NCBI GenBank assembly: GCA_963708075.1
Contig: OY970194.1
Location: 4,480,001-4,544,000, forward strand
DNA length: 64,000 bases
Direction: 5' to 3'
DNA from: Sedimentisphaerales bacterium
GTDB lineage: Bacteria > Planctomycetota > Phycisphaerae > Sedimentisphaerales > Anaerobacaceae
Shown: positions 19,830-30,884 of the stretch, in pieces
How positions within the stretch are numbered: position 1 is the first letter of the stretch
Layout of the letters: each line of letters begins with the position of its first letter
Notes under the pieces: generated by a model
The model's database searches: none
Told to the model about the DNA's origin: nothing
What the model saw: the letters and a program-made list of their open reading frames with translations, nothing else
Program-made: the position numbers and the translations under genes

Positions 19830-19951
19830 AGCCTCCGATGATACGCCGCCAATAGCCCCCGATCAACCCAAATACCCGCTTGCCAGACGTAGCCAAAAGA
19901 GCGAATATTAGCGGGTTGAGCCGCACTGCAACGCGAAACGAAAGACGCCTC

Positions 19952-19999
19952 TTGACATGTTAAACAAATGTTTTAAACTGTCGTATGAAACGTGTGTTT
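19952..19999 (+). promoter_or_regulatory. efflux operon promoter with two operator-like boxes
   Basis: TTGACA-16 nt-TAAACT; AAAC-N4-GTTT at 19962-19973 and 19988-19999. Confidence 0.6.
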
Positions 20000-20181
20000 G
20001 GAGATATAGGATGGCAGTAGTCAAGACAGCGTAAGCTGCGGCAACTGCAACTTGTGAGGGCAGAAGACGTTACATTTCATAACCCGGCGCTACGCGTCCG
20101 CCGAGATGCGAGACGGCCGCGTTTTCAATACTGAAAACGGGTTTCTCGGCCGGCAGCGCCATAGAGAGACAGGTAGAATCC

Positions 20182-21309
20182 ATGAGCGATCCGTCGCCGA
20201 AAAAGAAAGCGGGTAAGAAGAGTCGAGCGTGGCTGCGCACAGTCATCACGCTGGTCATTCTACTGGGGGCGATTGCCGTGCTGGCCGCCATTACACAGAT
20301 CCCGGCGCCGAAACGAGAGGCAGTGGTTACGGAAGCACCACCGGTCAATGTCTCGGTCATGGCCGTGACGGTCGAGCCGGTACTGCCTGATAACTTCGAT
20401 CTGCCGGCGGCTGTCGAGCCGAACCGAATCGTCACAGTCGCCGCCGAGGTCGCGGGCGGCGTTGAGCGAATCCCGCCCAACGAAGGCTGCATCGTGCAGG
20501 CAGGCGATCTGCTGGTCCAGCTCAACACGGACCTGATTGGGCCCCAGGTGGAGATTGCCAAGGCACAATTCAGCCGCGACAGGATTCAGTACGAGCGCAT
20601 GGCTGCCCTGGTGAAGACTGACGCCACCTCCCGAAGCGACCTCGACGACGCCACGACCAAACTGGCCACCAGCGAGGCCCAGTTGAAGGAAGTGGAGGCT
20701 CGCCTGGAGCGGACCCGTATCCTGGCGCCGATTACCGGCATCCTGAACGACCTTCCTGTCGAGGAAGGCGAGTACGTCCAAGTGGGCGACGCGGTGGCTG
20801 AGATCGTGGAAACCGATCCGGTGAAGGTCGTCGTGCAGGTGCCCGAGCGGGATATTCCCTTCTTTTCTGTCGGTCAGAAGACGGAAGTCCTCGCCGATAA
20901 CAAGGGCATCGAGCAGTCGGCCGCGGGCACGATCACATTCATCAGTGAGTTGTCCGATCCGCAGACTCGCTCGACACGGCTGGAGATCACCGTGCCGAAC
21001 AAGGATGGGCTCCTGCGCAGCGGCCAGATCGTGCGGGCCCGCCTGACCCGCCGAATTCTGGAGAACGTCATCATGATCCCTCTGCTGGCGGTGATTCCGA
21101 TGGAGGACGGCAAGGCCGCCTACGTCGTCGAGTCCGGGGCGGCACAGCGCCGCGATGTTACGCTCGGTATCATCAAGGGTGACCGCGTTCAGGTGACCAA
21201 GGGCCTTCAACCGGGCGATCAGCTCATCATCTCGGGCCACCGCTTCGTCGCACCGGCGCAGAAAGTCAACGTCGTTCCACTGGGTAAAGAAAGCGAATCG
21301 TCGCTATGA
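20182..21309 (+). CDS. RND efflux periplasmic adaptor (membrane fusion protein)
   Basis: N-terminal TM segment; lipoyl/hairpin motifs (VAAEVAGGV..VQAGDLLVQL; ILAPITG..VEEGEYV); GLQPGDQLI. Confidence 0.9.
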   Translation: MSDPSPKKKAGKKSRAWLRTVITLVILLGAIAVLAAITQIPAPKREAVVTEAPPVNVSVMAVTVEPVLPDNFDLPAAVEPNRIVTVAAEVAGGVERIPPNEGCIVQAGDLLVQLNTDLIGPQVEIAKAQFSRDRIQYERMAALVKTDATSRSDLDDATTKLATSEAQLKEVEARLERTRILAPITGILNDLPVEEGEYVQVGDAVAEIVETDPVKVVVQVPERDIPFFSVGQKTEVLADNKGIEQSAAGTITFISELSDPQTRSTRLEITVPNKDGLLRSGQIVRARLTRRILENVIMIPLLAVIPMEDGKAAYVVESGAAQRRDVTLGIIKGDRVQVTKGLQPGDQLIISGHRFVAPAQKVNVVPLGKESESSL

Positions 21310-24300
21310 TACTCACCGATCTTGCCATCAAGAATCGAACCACGGTAGCCGTGCTGGGCCTGCTCGTGATCATCCTGGGCGCGTACAGCTACGTGTCGCT
21401 GCCGCGAGAGGCGTTCCCGGACATTCCCATCCCCTACATTCTGATCAACACGATCTATGAGGGCGTTGCGCCGGAGGATGTCGAGACCTCGATCACGATG
21501 AAGATCGAGAAGGAGCTGACCGGCATCCGTGGGGTCAAGGAGGTGACCTCCAGCAGCGCGGAGGGAATGTCCATGATCAGCGTGGAATTCACGCCGGACG
21601 TGCCGCCGGACGTGGCCCTGGCGCGGGTCCGCGACCGCGTGGATATGGCCAAGGGCGAGCTTCCGCAGGAGGCGGAGGACCCGGTGATCAAGGAGATCAG
21701 CTTCGACGAGTTCCCCATCATGCAGGTCAGCATCTCCGGCGACGTCTCGCCCGTGCAGCTCAAGGCAATTGCCGACGACATGCAGGACGCGATCGAGACT
21801 CTTCCGGGCATATTGAAGGTTGAGGTGCTGGGTGCCCTGGAGCCGGAGATCCGGCTGGAGTTCAATCCGGAGCGGCTGGCCATGTACAACCTGACGATCC
21901 CGGAGATCCTCGCGCTGATCCCGTCGGAGAACGTGAACATCTCCGCCGGCGGCCTGGAGACCGCGGGCACCCGGTTCAACGTCCGCGTACCCGCCGAGTT
22001 CGTCACGCCGGAAGAGGTGGACCACCTGCTCATCACCACGCGCGGCGGCAAGCCCATCTACCTAGCCGACGTGGCCTCCGTGCGCGATACCTTCAAGGAC
22101 CGGACCAGCTACTCGCGGATCAATCGCCGGGACAATGTTACCCTGGGCATCCAGAAGCGCACCGGGGCCAACATCGTGCAGGTCTCCGACATGATCAAGG
22201 CCGCCGTCGCCAAGGCGCAGGAGCAGGTCCCCCCCGCCGTGAAGTTCGACATCACCTTCGACATGTCCAAATACATTCGCAGCACGGTGGCCGATCTGGA
22301 GAACAACATGGCTTCCGGGCTGATCCTCGTCGTCGGGATCCTGGTGCTGTTCTTAGGCTGGCGATCCAGCATGATCGTCTCGCTGATCATCCCCTTCAGC
22401 ATGTTGGCCAGCTTCTTCATCATCCAGATGCTGGGCTTCACGCTGAACATGATCGTGCTGTTCAGCCTCATCCTGGCGCTGGGCATGCTCGTGGATACGG
22501 CTATCGTGATCGTGGAGAACATCTACCGGCACATGCAGTTGGGCGTGCCCCGGATCCGGGCGGCGATCATCGGCACGCGGGAGGTGGCCTGGCCGGTAAC
22601 GAGCTCCACCCTGACCAACGTGGCGAGCTTCATTCCGCTGATGTTCTGGCCCGGCATCATGGGCGACTTCATGAAGTACCTGCCCATCACGGTGACGATC
22701 GTGCTGCTCAGCTCGCTGTTCGTGGCGCTGGTGTTCAACCCGACGTTTTGCGCGGTGGCCGCAGGCGGCGCGCCGCCCAAAGGACGCGAGGGCCGCTTCA
22801 TCCGGGGTTATCGCCGGGTGCAGCATCGGGCAATCGCGTGGCCCGGCGTCACGCTGATCCTGGCCTGCTTCCTCCTTGTGGCGATGATCATCCTGTACTC
22901 GAAGTTCGGCAACGGCGTGGAGTTCTTCCCGCAAGGCGACCCCGAGCGGGCTACCATCGACATTCGCGCTCCGCAGGGGACGAATATCCACGAGAGTGAC
23001 CGCATCGTGAGAATCATCGAAGAGCGGATCAAGCCCTGGGACCGGTACATTGAGTACATGATCACGAACGTGGGCTCCGCCGGCGGCGGCTTCAATCTGG
23101 CCGGTAGTACGGGCGGGCCGCACTTGGCCAATCTCACGCTGGTCTTCTATGACTACGCGGTACGGGAGAAGCCCTCGATGGAGGTCATTTCCGAAGTCCG
23201 CCACGCCATCGCGGATATCCCGGGCGCGGAAATTCGCGTGGAACGCGAGAAGGACGGGCCCCCGACCGGCGCGCCCGTGACGGTTCGCGTCGTCGGCGAG
23301 GATTTCAAGCGGCTCGAATCGCTCAGCCGGCAGGCCCAGGACAAGATCGTCGGCGTCCAGGGCCTGGTGAACCTGCGCAGCGACCTTGAAGCAACGCGTC
23401 CCGAGCTGGCCTTCACGGTCAACCGCCGGGAGGCCATGCTCCTCGGCGTCAACACCGCCACAGTCGGCAACTTCCTCAAGATGGCAATCTTCGGGACCAA
23501 GGTCGGCACTTACCGCCAGTTCAACGATGAGTACGACATCACGGTGCGACTGCCGCTGGAGGAGCGGGTCAATATCGATGATCTCGCCCGCTTGCAGATT
23601 CCCAATGCAAAGGGCAACGCCGTGCCGCTCAGTACCCTCGGCCGCTTCGAGTATCAGGGCGGGTTCGGCACGATCAACCGCATCGATCAGAAACGCGTCG
23701 TGACCGTGACGGCGGACGCGGAAGGACGACTGAGCACGGAAGTGCTGAGGGACGTGCAGACGCGGCTGAACGAGTTGAAGATGCCGGTGGGCTACGAGAT
23801 CCGATATGCGGGCGAGCAGGAGGAGCAGGACAAGGCGCAGGCGTTCCTGGGCAAGGCCTTCGTGATCGCTCTGCTGATGATCGTGCTGATCCTGGTGATG
23901 CAGTTCAACTCGTTGCTGATCCCGCTGATCATCATGTCCACGGTCGGGTTGTCCCTGGTGGGCGTGTTCCTGGGACTCATCGTCTGCGGCCTGCCATTCA
24001 ATATCATCATGACCGGCATCGCCGTCATCAGCCTGGCGGGCATCGTCGTCAACAACGGCATCGTGCTGCTGGACTTCGCAGAGCAATTGCGGCGCGATGG
24101 TCTGGGCCTCGTGTCGGCGACCGTCGAGGCCGGCGTCACGCGACTGCGCCCGGTGCTGCTCAGTGCGGCCACGAACTTCGTCGGCCTGATCCCCATGGCC
24201 GTGGGAATCTCCTTCGATTTCCACACCTTCACCTGGGCGACCAAGAGCGAATCGACGCAGTGGTGGCGGAACATGTCCATCGCGATCATCTTCGGCCTGT

Positions 24301-24446
24301 CGTTCACGACCGTCCTGACACTTGTGATCATCCCGGCGTCCTATGTGATGCTCAACCGTGCAGTGGCCCGCCTGCTCCCCAAACACAGTACCCCGACCAC
24401 TGAGGATGTGGCCACTCAAGCGTCGCCCGAGCCGGAACCGGCGTGA
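21306..24446 (+). CDS. RND efflux permease (AcrB/AcrD/AcrF family)
   Basis: 1046 aa; LPREAFPDI; GMLVDTAIVIVENI; GIVVNNGIVLLD; RLRPVLL; ATGA overlap with the MFP gene. Confidence 0.93.
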   Translation: MILTDLAIKNRTTVAVLGLLVIILGAYSYVSLPREAFPDIPIPYILINTIYEGVAPEDVETSITMKIEKELTGIRGVKEVTSSSAEGMSMISVEFTPDVPPDVALARVRDRVDMAKGELPQEAEDPVIKEISFDEFPIMQVSISGDVSPVQLKAIADDMQDAIETLPGILKVEVLGALEPEIRLEFNPERLAMYNLTIPEILALIPSENVNISAGGLETAGTRFNVRVPAEFVTPEEVDHLLITTRGGKPIYLADVASVRDTFKDRTSYSRINRRDNVTLGIQKRTGANIVQVSDMIKAAVAKAQEQVPPAVKFDITFDMSKYIRSTVADLENNMASGLILVVGILVLFLGWRSSMIVSLIIPFSMLASFFIIQMLGFTLNMIVLFSLILALGMLVDTAIVIVENIYRHMQLGVPRIRAAIIGTREVAWPVTSSTLTNVASFIPLMFWPGIMGDFMKYLPITVTIVLLSSLFVALVFNPTFCAVAAGGAPPKGREGRFIRGYRRVQHRAIAWPGVTLILACFLLVAMIILYSKFGNGVEFFPQGDPERATIDIRAPQGTNIHESDRIVRIIEERIKPWDRYIEYMITNVGSAGGGFNLAGSTGGPHLANLTLVFYDYAVREKPSMEVISEVRHAIADIPGAEIRVEREKDGPPTGAPVTVRVVGEDFKRLESLSRQAQDKIVGVQGLVNLRSDLEATRPELAFTVNRREAMLLGVNTATVGNFLKMAIFGTKVGTYRQFNDEYDITVRLPLEERVNIDDLARLQIPNAKGNAVPLSTLGRFEYQGGFGTINRIDQKRVVTVTADAEGRLSTEVLRDVQTRLNELKMPVGYEIRYAGEQEEQDKAQAFLGKAFVIALLMIVLILVMQFNSLLIPLIIMSTVGLSLVGVFLGLIVCGLPFNIIMTGIAVISLAGIVVNNGIVLLDFAEQLRRDGLGLVSATVEAGVTRLRPVLLSAATNFVGLIPMAVGISFDFHTFTWATKSESTQWWRNMSIAIIFGLSFTTVLTLVIIPASYVMLNRAVARLLPKHSTPTTEDVATQASPEPEPA

Positions 24447-24456
24447 ATCGCACCCG

Positions 24457-27277
24457 TCATTGGTAGGATGCCACGATGGAATAGTGCCTACGATCCGGCC
24501 GCTCGATGCGCAGCCATTCTTTGGGTACGTCGAAGTCTGTCCAGGGCTGCCCGTTGACAGTCGCCGAGCGGATCGGCTTGCCCTGTGGATGACGCAGGCG
24601 GACCATGAGAACACGGGGTGAGGCACGGTCCGGCATGTCGATCTCCACGGCAATCATGCCGGCGACGGCGTAGCTATCCACTTTCATCGACAGCCGCCCG
24701 TAGTACGTCGGGGCTCGCTGGACTTCGATGCTCTTGCCGTGCTCCAGCCACTTCCTCGGCGTCGCCTGCAACAGCAGCAGCGTGTCGTCATCAAGTTCAC
24801 GGATGAGCATGTTGCGGTAGAGCTCGAACCAGGCACCGTCGGTGCTGGGCGGGCCGAAATACTGGCCCCAGGCCCAGCGATGTTCCACCGGCTCGAAGAC
24901 CGAATGACTGAACGCACAGGCCATCATGCTGTAGAACGCGCGGATCACAGCCTTAGGGTCGTCGCGAAACAGGTAGGCCGTCGCCTGCTGATTGTAGACC
25001 GGCTCATTCGCCATTCCCCAGCCGCCGTAGAAGAGATTATCCTCGTGGTCCTGGAGCAGGCACGTCGTCAGTCGTCCGGCCGGATCGAGCGCCTTCAATC
25101 GCGACAAGTGCAGGGCCCCCGTATCCACGTCCGTCGGGTACCACTGCTCGTACAGCCGCCCGGGCCGGGTGGCCTCGCAAGGTACGTATGGAGTCCACGT
25201 GTGATCCCGCAACTGCACCAGCGGGGAGTGCATAGTCGCAGCGCCAAAGCCCCGCTCGATCGCCCGCCTGAAGTCTCGCGCCGCTGCCAGGCACTCTTGC
25301 GCCCGCGGATGATCGATCTGCTTGAGCATCCTGCCGAACACATCCAGTGCAGCATAAATGTATGCCTGGTTGAAGGCCCATACACCGTCGCCCGTCAAGT
25401 CGTTGAGCGGAGCACGGACCAGTCCGCCCAACGGGCCCTGCCGCCGAATTTCGGCGAGGCACCAGTCGAGGGCCTTGAGCGTATAGGGCATCAACCTGTC
25501 CAGGGACTCGCGGTCACCGGACAGCAGATAGTTCTGCGCAACCGCATAGATCATGCCCGGCGTATACACGCCCCAGTTTGCATAGCCGCCGACGTGGCCG
25601 TTCGCCTCCTGGTTGTTGCGATACATCACCAGGAGTTCCTCCGCAGAGATGTTGTGGTAGCCGCGCAGGTCGTAGAGCATGTAATCCACATACACCGCCT
25701 GGTTGACCGGCCAGGGCGTCCCCTGCTGGCCGTACGCGAAATTCGAGTATGGCAGATCGATCTTGACGTCCTCGCCCGCGCCCCCGTGCCGGCGCGGCAG
25801 CCGCAACGCATGCCACAGATTCGTCCGGAACAGCTCGTTCACCGCCGGCTCGGGGACACGGAATTGTGCCCCGCGCCAGGTAGTCCGACCAGAAAGCCAG
25901 CGTTCTCGACCGTGCCTGCGAGTAAGACAAGCCGGCGAGCTTCTCTCGATCTTCACAGGCGACGACGGGCGAGGGCAGCTTGATAAGGATCTCTCGCGAA
26001 CCCTTCGCAGCCAAGTCGAAAGAAATCGAAGCCTGCCAGGTTCTTGCCTTCGACTTCTTGTCCGTGTCCGGCGGCGTCGATTCGCGAATCTCGCCGACCT
26101 TCAACCCCGCGCCTTCCATCTTGAAAAGGACCTCATGCGTGACACTACTCTCAAAGAGGGATGTATCTCGCCCGCTCTCGGCTGCGACCTGCGGTCGCGC
26201 GGATTCGGGCAGGTCTCTCTGATGGTTGATTTGGATGGAAACCTCTCTCTCCGAGTCACCCAGGTTTGTGACGATGAGCTTTTGCATCAGGACCATAGGA
26301 ACATCGCCGCGGCGTTCCTCCGGCGGGCCGCTCAAAGGATAGGCGAATTGCTCGACTTCATAGCAGATGGCGCCTTTCTCCAGGATCGTTGTGATGACCG
26401 GCAGGCCATCCGTCAGTCGCTGTCCTTTCCAAGAGTTGGCGACTCCTTGTGTCAGGTCGCCAAAATCGTACCAGAAGCGCAGTTTGTCCTGACTGCCCAA
26501 GTCGCTCCAAATGCCCGCGCCGCGGTCGATGCCGAACTTGGGGACTGCACTGTCCCAGGTGACGCACACGATATGACCCGGGAATGGCTGCGACGGGTTC
26601 ACGTACTTCGGGCTGCCCATGTCCTCCCACCGGGCCGTGCACTGTTCATAGGTCGCCTCCGGCTCAGCGTGAACCTGATCCAGAATGCCTTTGCCCCGCC
26701 ATGGCTGCAGTTGCACCTGATGCTCGTCAAAGGTGGTCGGTGTGTCGCCGACGGCCAAATAGATGTCGAGTGAAGGCGCCCAGAGAGCCTTGTTCCGCAA
26801 GAGTTGATCGACAGTCACGCTGAATCCCTGCGTGCCCTGCTCATCCGTTTGAATCGTCAGCTTGCGCGCGTCCGGGCGAAACGCCGGATCGCCGCGCAGG
26901 CGGCTCGCCGTATCCGCATCGCTGTGCTCGAACAAGTACTTCCAGATACTGTGCAGGTTCTGAATCTCCTTGATCGGCATGTCGGCATAGCGCAGCGTGA
27001 GCAGCAGACCATCTACGTCGCCGGCGCCGGCGGCCGTCCGCCAGAGCCCTTCCTCAAGCCGGTCCCCTGATTCCATGCCCTCGGCCAATGTGTCGGCGAT
27101 CTCCACCTGTTCCGTCAGAACCCTGATCTGGAACACCCTGGCACTTGCCGACCGATGGCCCCAGGAAATGTGCACTTTCAATTCATCGCGCGGCTCTGCC
27201 GCCATCAACGTCGAAGCCGACATCACTGCACAGATGGATAAGAGAGTCGCTTGCAGCATTCGCAGACGGTTCTTCAT
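24457..27277 (-). CDS. secreted glycoside-hydrolase-like protein ((alpha/alpha)6-type C-terminal half), frameshifted near 25870
   Basis: MKNRLRML signal peptide; the frame reading ..FWSDYLARG continues as AQFRVPEPAVNELF in another frame; LLQATPRKWL..APTYYG tail typical of six-hairpin glycosidases. Confidence 0.65.
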
Positions 27278-27288
27278 GTGGTCTCCTC

Positions 27289-29244
27289 TCATGGATTGCC
27301 TCTGCTTCCGATCTCGGCATAGGTCCAATGCGGCTCCCAGCCGTCGGGCAGGACGAGGACTGGGCCGTCCTTCGTGGCCCCGTGGACGGCGCGAAGGGCC
27401 TTGCTCTGCCCGCCAATCGTCGGTGCATCGCGCAGCCACATCAGGCCCATCGGGGCGCCGGACCGCGTTGGATCGCCGTCCTCCTGTATGTTCCCCGTGA
27501 AGAGCACGTATTGGCCGTCGGGCGAGACGACGCCGCCGTAGACGTGGCGTCCATCCTCGCCATATACCAGGTGTCTCTCGCGGCCTTCCGCATCCGCCAT
27601 CCACAATTGCGTCCAGCCATCCTTACTGCCGGCCTGATTCGCGGGCCGATAGGAGAAAATGAGATTCTGCGAGTCGGGGAACCAGTCCGGCGTGCAGTTG
27701 TCCACCCGGCTCACGGCATTGACTTCGCCCGTGACCGCGTTCATCCTCGCGACCGACCAGCCCGTGCCGAAGGAATTCGCGACCCCGCACAGCCACTTCC
27801 CATCCGGCGACCACGTCACCTGCTGAAAGAAGCCCTTGCGCTCCAGGGTGCGGAGAACCTTCTTTGTGGCCCGCTCCACGAAGTAGATGCCCTTTTCGGA
27901 CATGCACGCGATCCGGTCGCCGTCGGGCCCCCACGAGGCCCAGGTGTACTCACCGTCCTTTCCAAAGACCTGCGGGTTGCCGCCGTCACTGTCGGCGAAG
28001 ACGAGCGCGCCCTGCATGCCGTACCGATTGGGCTCGATGTCCTCGTTTTTAGGCAGGCGTCTGTAAAGGAGCCTTCGACCGTCCGGCGAGAATCGCGGCG
28101 ATGCCTCGTTATAGGCAGGTGTATTCGTGATGTTGCGAACACCGGAGCCATCCGGCCTCATGAGAAACAGGTCCCAGTCCCTCGCCCCCGTCCGTGCACC
28201 GTAGACAATCCAGCCCTTGTCCCGCACTTCTTTGGCAAGCTCCGCAACAGGGGTATCGGCCGCTTGCGATGTGATATCCGCTAAGGTCCAGTGCGGCTCC
28301 CAACCCCGACCCAGGTCCAGCATGGGGCCGACCGTGGGCGTGTCCTGGTATCGGATGACCGCCATGGTAGTCTGCGAGTTATCGACTTCGCCGAGGTCCT
28401 GCTGCGATCTCGTGAAGAGGATGTACTTGCCGTTCGGCGAGACGCACCCGCCGTAGATGTGACGGCCTTCCTCGGCATAGAGCATCTGCCGCTCGTCCCC
28501 TTCACCGTCAGCTATCCAGAGCTGTGCCCAGTCCATTTTGCCCGGGACGATCCCGCGCGAGTAGATCACGTGCCGGCTGTCGGGGAACCAGTCGGGGGTG
28601 CAGTTGTAGCGGTCTGTCTCACTGACAGCGTTGATCTGCGCCGAGTCGGCGTTCAGCCTGCCGATGGCCCATGCGACGCCCAGCCCGTTGGCGGTGCCGG
28701 CGAACCATTTGCCATCCGGCGACCAGACGAGTTGCTGCACGATCCCCTTGCGGGCAAGGGTGCGAACGACCTTCCGGCTGGACAGGTCAACGATATCGAT
28801 TCCCTTGATAGACAGGCAGGCAAGGCTTTTTCCCTCAGGCCCCCACGACGCCCATTGAAACCCATTGCCCCAGACGTCCGCGTTGGCGCCATTGGCATCG
28901 GCGACGACAAGCTCATAGAGGCCATACTTGTTGTTGTCTACTGGGGTACCTTTGGGAAAACGATAGTACAGGAGCTTGCGTCCATCCGGCGAGAACTTCG
29001 CCCCGGCCTCATTGAACGCGGCGGTGTTCGTGATATTGCGCCGATCCGAGCCATCCGGCCGCATGAGGTACAGGTCCCAATCCCCCGCGTCGGTTTTCGC
29101 ACTGTAGACGATCCAGCCCCTGCCACGCAGCTCATTCGCCAGCGCTGTCACCTGAAGATCAGAAGCCTCCTTCTCTTGGGCGAATCCCAATACGGCAGCA
29201 CACGCGATGGTCACGAACACAATCGTGATGCCACGAACTCTCAT
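27289..29244 (-). CDS. TolB-like (PD40) double beta-propeller protein
   Basis: signal peptide; two homologous halves GWIVY..DWDL.LMRPDGS..RNITNT..FSPDG. Confidence 0.85.
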   Translation of the reverse strand: MRVRGITIVFVTIACAAVLGFAQEKEASDLQVTALANELRGRGWIVYSAKTDAGDWDLYLMRPDGSDRRNITNTAAFNEAGAKFSPDGRKLLYYRFPKGTPVDNNKYGLYELVVADANGANADVWGNGFQWASWGPEGKSLACLSIKGIDIVDLSSRKVVRTLARKGIVQQLVWSPDGKWFAGTANGLGVAWAIGRLNADSAQINAVSETDRYNCTPDWFPDSRHVIYSRGIVPGKMDWAQLWIADGEGDERQMLYAEEGRHIYGGCVSPNGKYILFTRSQQDLGEVDNSQTTMAVIRYQDTPTVGPMLDLGRGWEPHWTLADITSQAADTPVAELAKEVRDKGWIVYGARTGARDWDLFLMRPDGSGVRNITNTPAYNEASPRFSPDGRRLLYRRLPKNEDIEPNRYGMQGALVFADSDGGNPQVFGKDGEYTWASWGPDGDRIACMSEKGIYFVERATKKVLRTLERKGFFQQVTWSPDGKWLCGVANSFGTGWSVARMNAVTGEVNAVSRVDNCTPDWFPDSQNLIFSYRPANQAGSKDGWTQLWMADAEGRERHLVYGEDGRHVYGGVVSPDGQYVLFTGNIQEDGDPTRSGAPMGLMWLRDAPTIGGQSKALRAVHGATKDGPVLVLPDGWEPHWTYAEIGSRGNP

Positions 29245-29371
29245 ACGATCACTCCTCAATGCACACAGTTCAACCTTGATCAGTATGATACCACACAGGA
29301 GCCGAGGCGCCATGTCTACGCTCGCATAGACGTGCTTACGCGTGCGCAAGCATAGCAACCGAAAGTAAAAG

Positions 29372-29400
29372 TTGACAACAGCCGGGACAGGGCTTAAACG
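29372..29400 (+). promoter_or_regulatory. candidate sigma70 promoter
   Basis: TTGACA-17 nt-TAAACG upstream of the enolase-superfamily gene. Confidence 0.4.
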
Positions 29401-29458
29401 TTGCTCTGTGCCGGGACTGTTGTCCCGGCGGAGAATGTCCAAGTAGGGATCGTGCGAT

Positions 29459-30862
29459 ATGAAGACAGACATCAGTCCGGTCGGCGTTGACCTGTATTTC
29501 CTGCCGGTGCAGACGAGGGTGCCCCTGAAGTTCGGGCCGGAGACCCTGACTTCGGTGATTTGTGCACGGGTGTGCATGACTGTCGCCAACACCGAGGGAC
29601 AGCGGGCTCAGGGCTGGGGCGAGACGCCGCTGAGCGTGCAGTGGGTCTGGCCGAGCAGCATCAGCTACCAGGAACGCTGTGACGCCATGCAAACCCTCTG
29701 CCGCAATCTGGCGGACGCCTGGGCCGACTTCACCGGCCACGGCCACCCAATCGAAATCGGCCATCGTTTCAACGAGACGGTGCTGCCGCGACTGCTCAAG
29801 AAACTCAACGCGAGCCGTGGCGCCCGCGCGGAACCCATGCCGTGGCTGGGGGCACTGGTCTGCTGCTCGCCGTTCGATATCGCGCTGCACGACGCCTATG
29901 GGCAGCTCCTCAACCGCCCGGTGTACTCGACCTATACCCGTGAGTTCATGAACGACGATCTGGCCCATTTCCTGGAGCCTGCCGCGGGCACGAAGGTGTC
30001 CTTCAACGGCAAGTATCCGGTGGATTTCCTGAACTTCCCGCCGGCCCGGCAAATGCCCGCCTGGCACCTCGTGGGCGGCAAGGATTTGATCGACGCGTCG
30101 GAGTTGACGGGAAGTGAGCCAAAGGACGGGTACCCGGTTCTCCTGGCGGATTGGATCGAGCGGGATGGCCTCACGTGTCTCAAGGTGAAATTGCGGGGCA
30201 ATGACGCCGCGTGGGATTACGACCGCCTGGTCAAGGTCGGCAAGATCGCCATCGAGCACAATGTCCTCTGGCTGACGAGCGATTTCAATAGCACGGTAAG
30301 CCAGCCGGCATACGTCACCGATATCCTGGACCGGCTGGTGCGGGAGCATCCTCGCATCTACGGGATGATGCTGTACGTCGAGCAGCCGTTCCCGTACGAC
30401 CTGGAGGCCAACAGGATCGACGTTCACAGCGTCTCGGCCCGCAAGCCATTGTTCATGGATGAGAGCGCCCACGATTGGCGGCTCATCCGGCTCGGCCGGC
30501 AACTGGGTTGGACAGGCGTGGCCCTCAAGACCTGCAAGACGCAGACGGGAGCCCTGCTGAGCCTGTGCTGGGCCAAGGCGCACGGTATGACCCTCATGGT
30601 CCAGGATTTGACCAACCCCATGCTGGCCCAGATCCCGCACTGCCTGCTGGCGGCCCACGCCGGCACGATCATGGGCGTCGAAACGAACGCGATGCAGTTT
30701 TACCCGGCGGCCTCGGCCCCGGAAGAAGCTGTCCATCCCGGCCTCTACCAGCGGCGAAACGGCCAGGTGGACCTGTCCACCGTGAAAGGCCCCGGATTTG
30801 GGTACAGGCTCGAAGAGATCAAGCGGCAACTGCCCGAGAAAGCGGCAAGTTTCTCGAAATGA
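29459..30862 (+). CDS. mandelate racemase/enolase superfamily protein
   Basis: GWGE, FDIALHDA, KVKL, SDFN, YVEQP, MDES, LKTCK. Confidence 0.8.
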   Translation: MKTDISPVGVDLYFLPVQTRVPLKFGPETLTSVICARVCMTVANTEGQRAQGWGETPLSVQWVWPSSISYQERCDAMQTLCRNLADAWADFTGHGHPIEIGHRFNETVLPRLLKKLNASRGARAEPMPWLGALVCCSPFDIALHDAYGQLLNRPVYSTYTREFMNDDLAHFLEPAAGTKVSFNGKYPVDFLNFPPARQMPAWHLVGGKDLIDASELTGSEPKDGYPVLLADWIERDGLTCLKVKLRGNDAAWDYDRLVKVGKIAIEHNVLWLTSDFNSTVSQPAYVTDILDRLVREHPRIYGMMLYVEQPFPYDLEANRIDVHSVSARKPLFMDESAHDWRLIRLGRQLGWTGVALKTCKTQTGALLSLCWAKAHGMTLMVQDLTNPMLAQIPHCLLAAHAGTIMGVETNAMQFYPAASAPEEAVHPGLYQRRNGQVDLSTVKGPGFGYRLEEIKRQLPEKAASFSK

Positions 30863-30884
30863 GGAATCTTCAGGAGTGGTCCAG

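Noticed and set aside
19768..19926. N-terminal extension of the sulfatase in the ORF track containing GLDSRLCGND
   Set aside because: It is the translation of an intergenic palindrome; the Tat signal and RBS place the start at 19767
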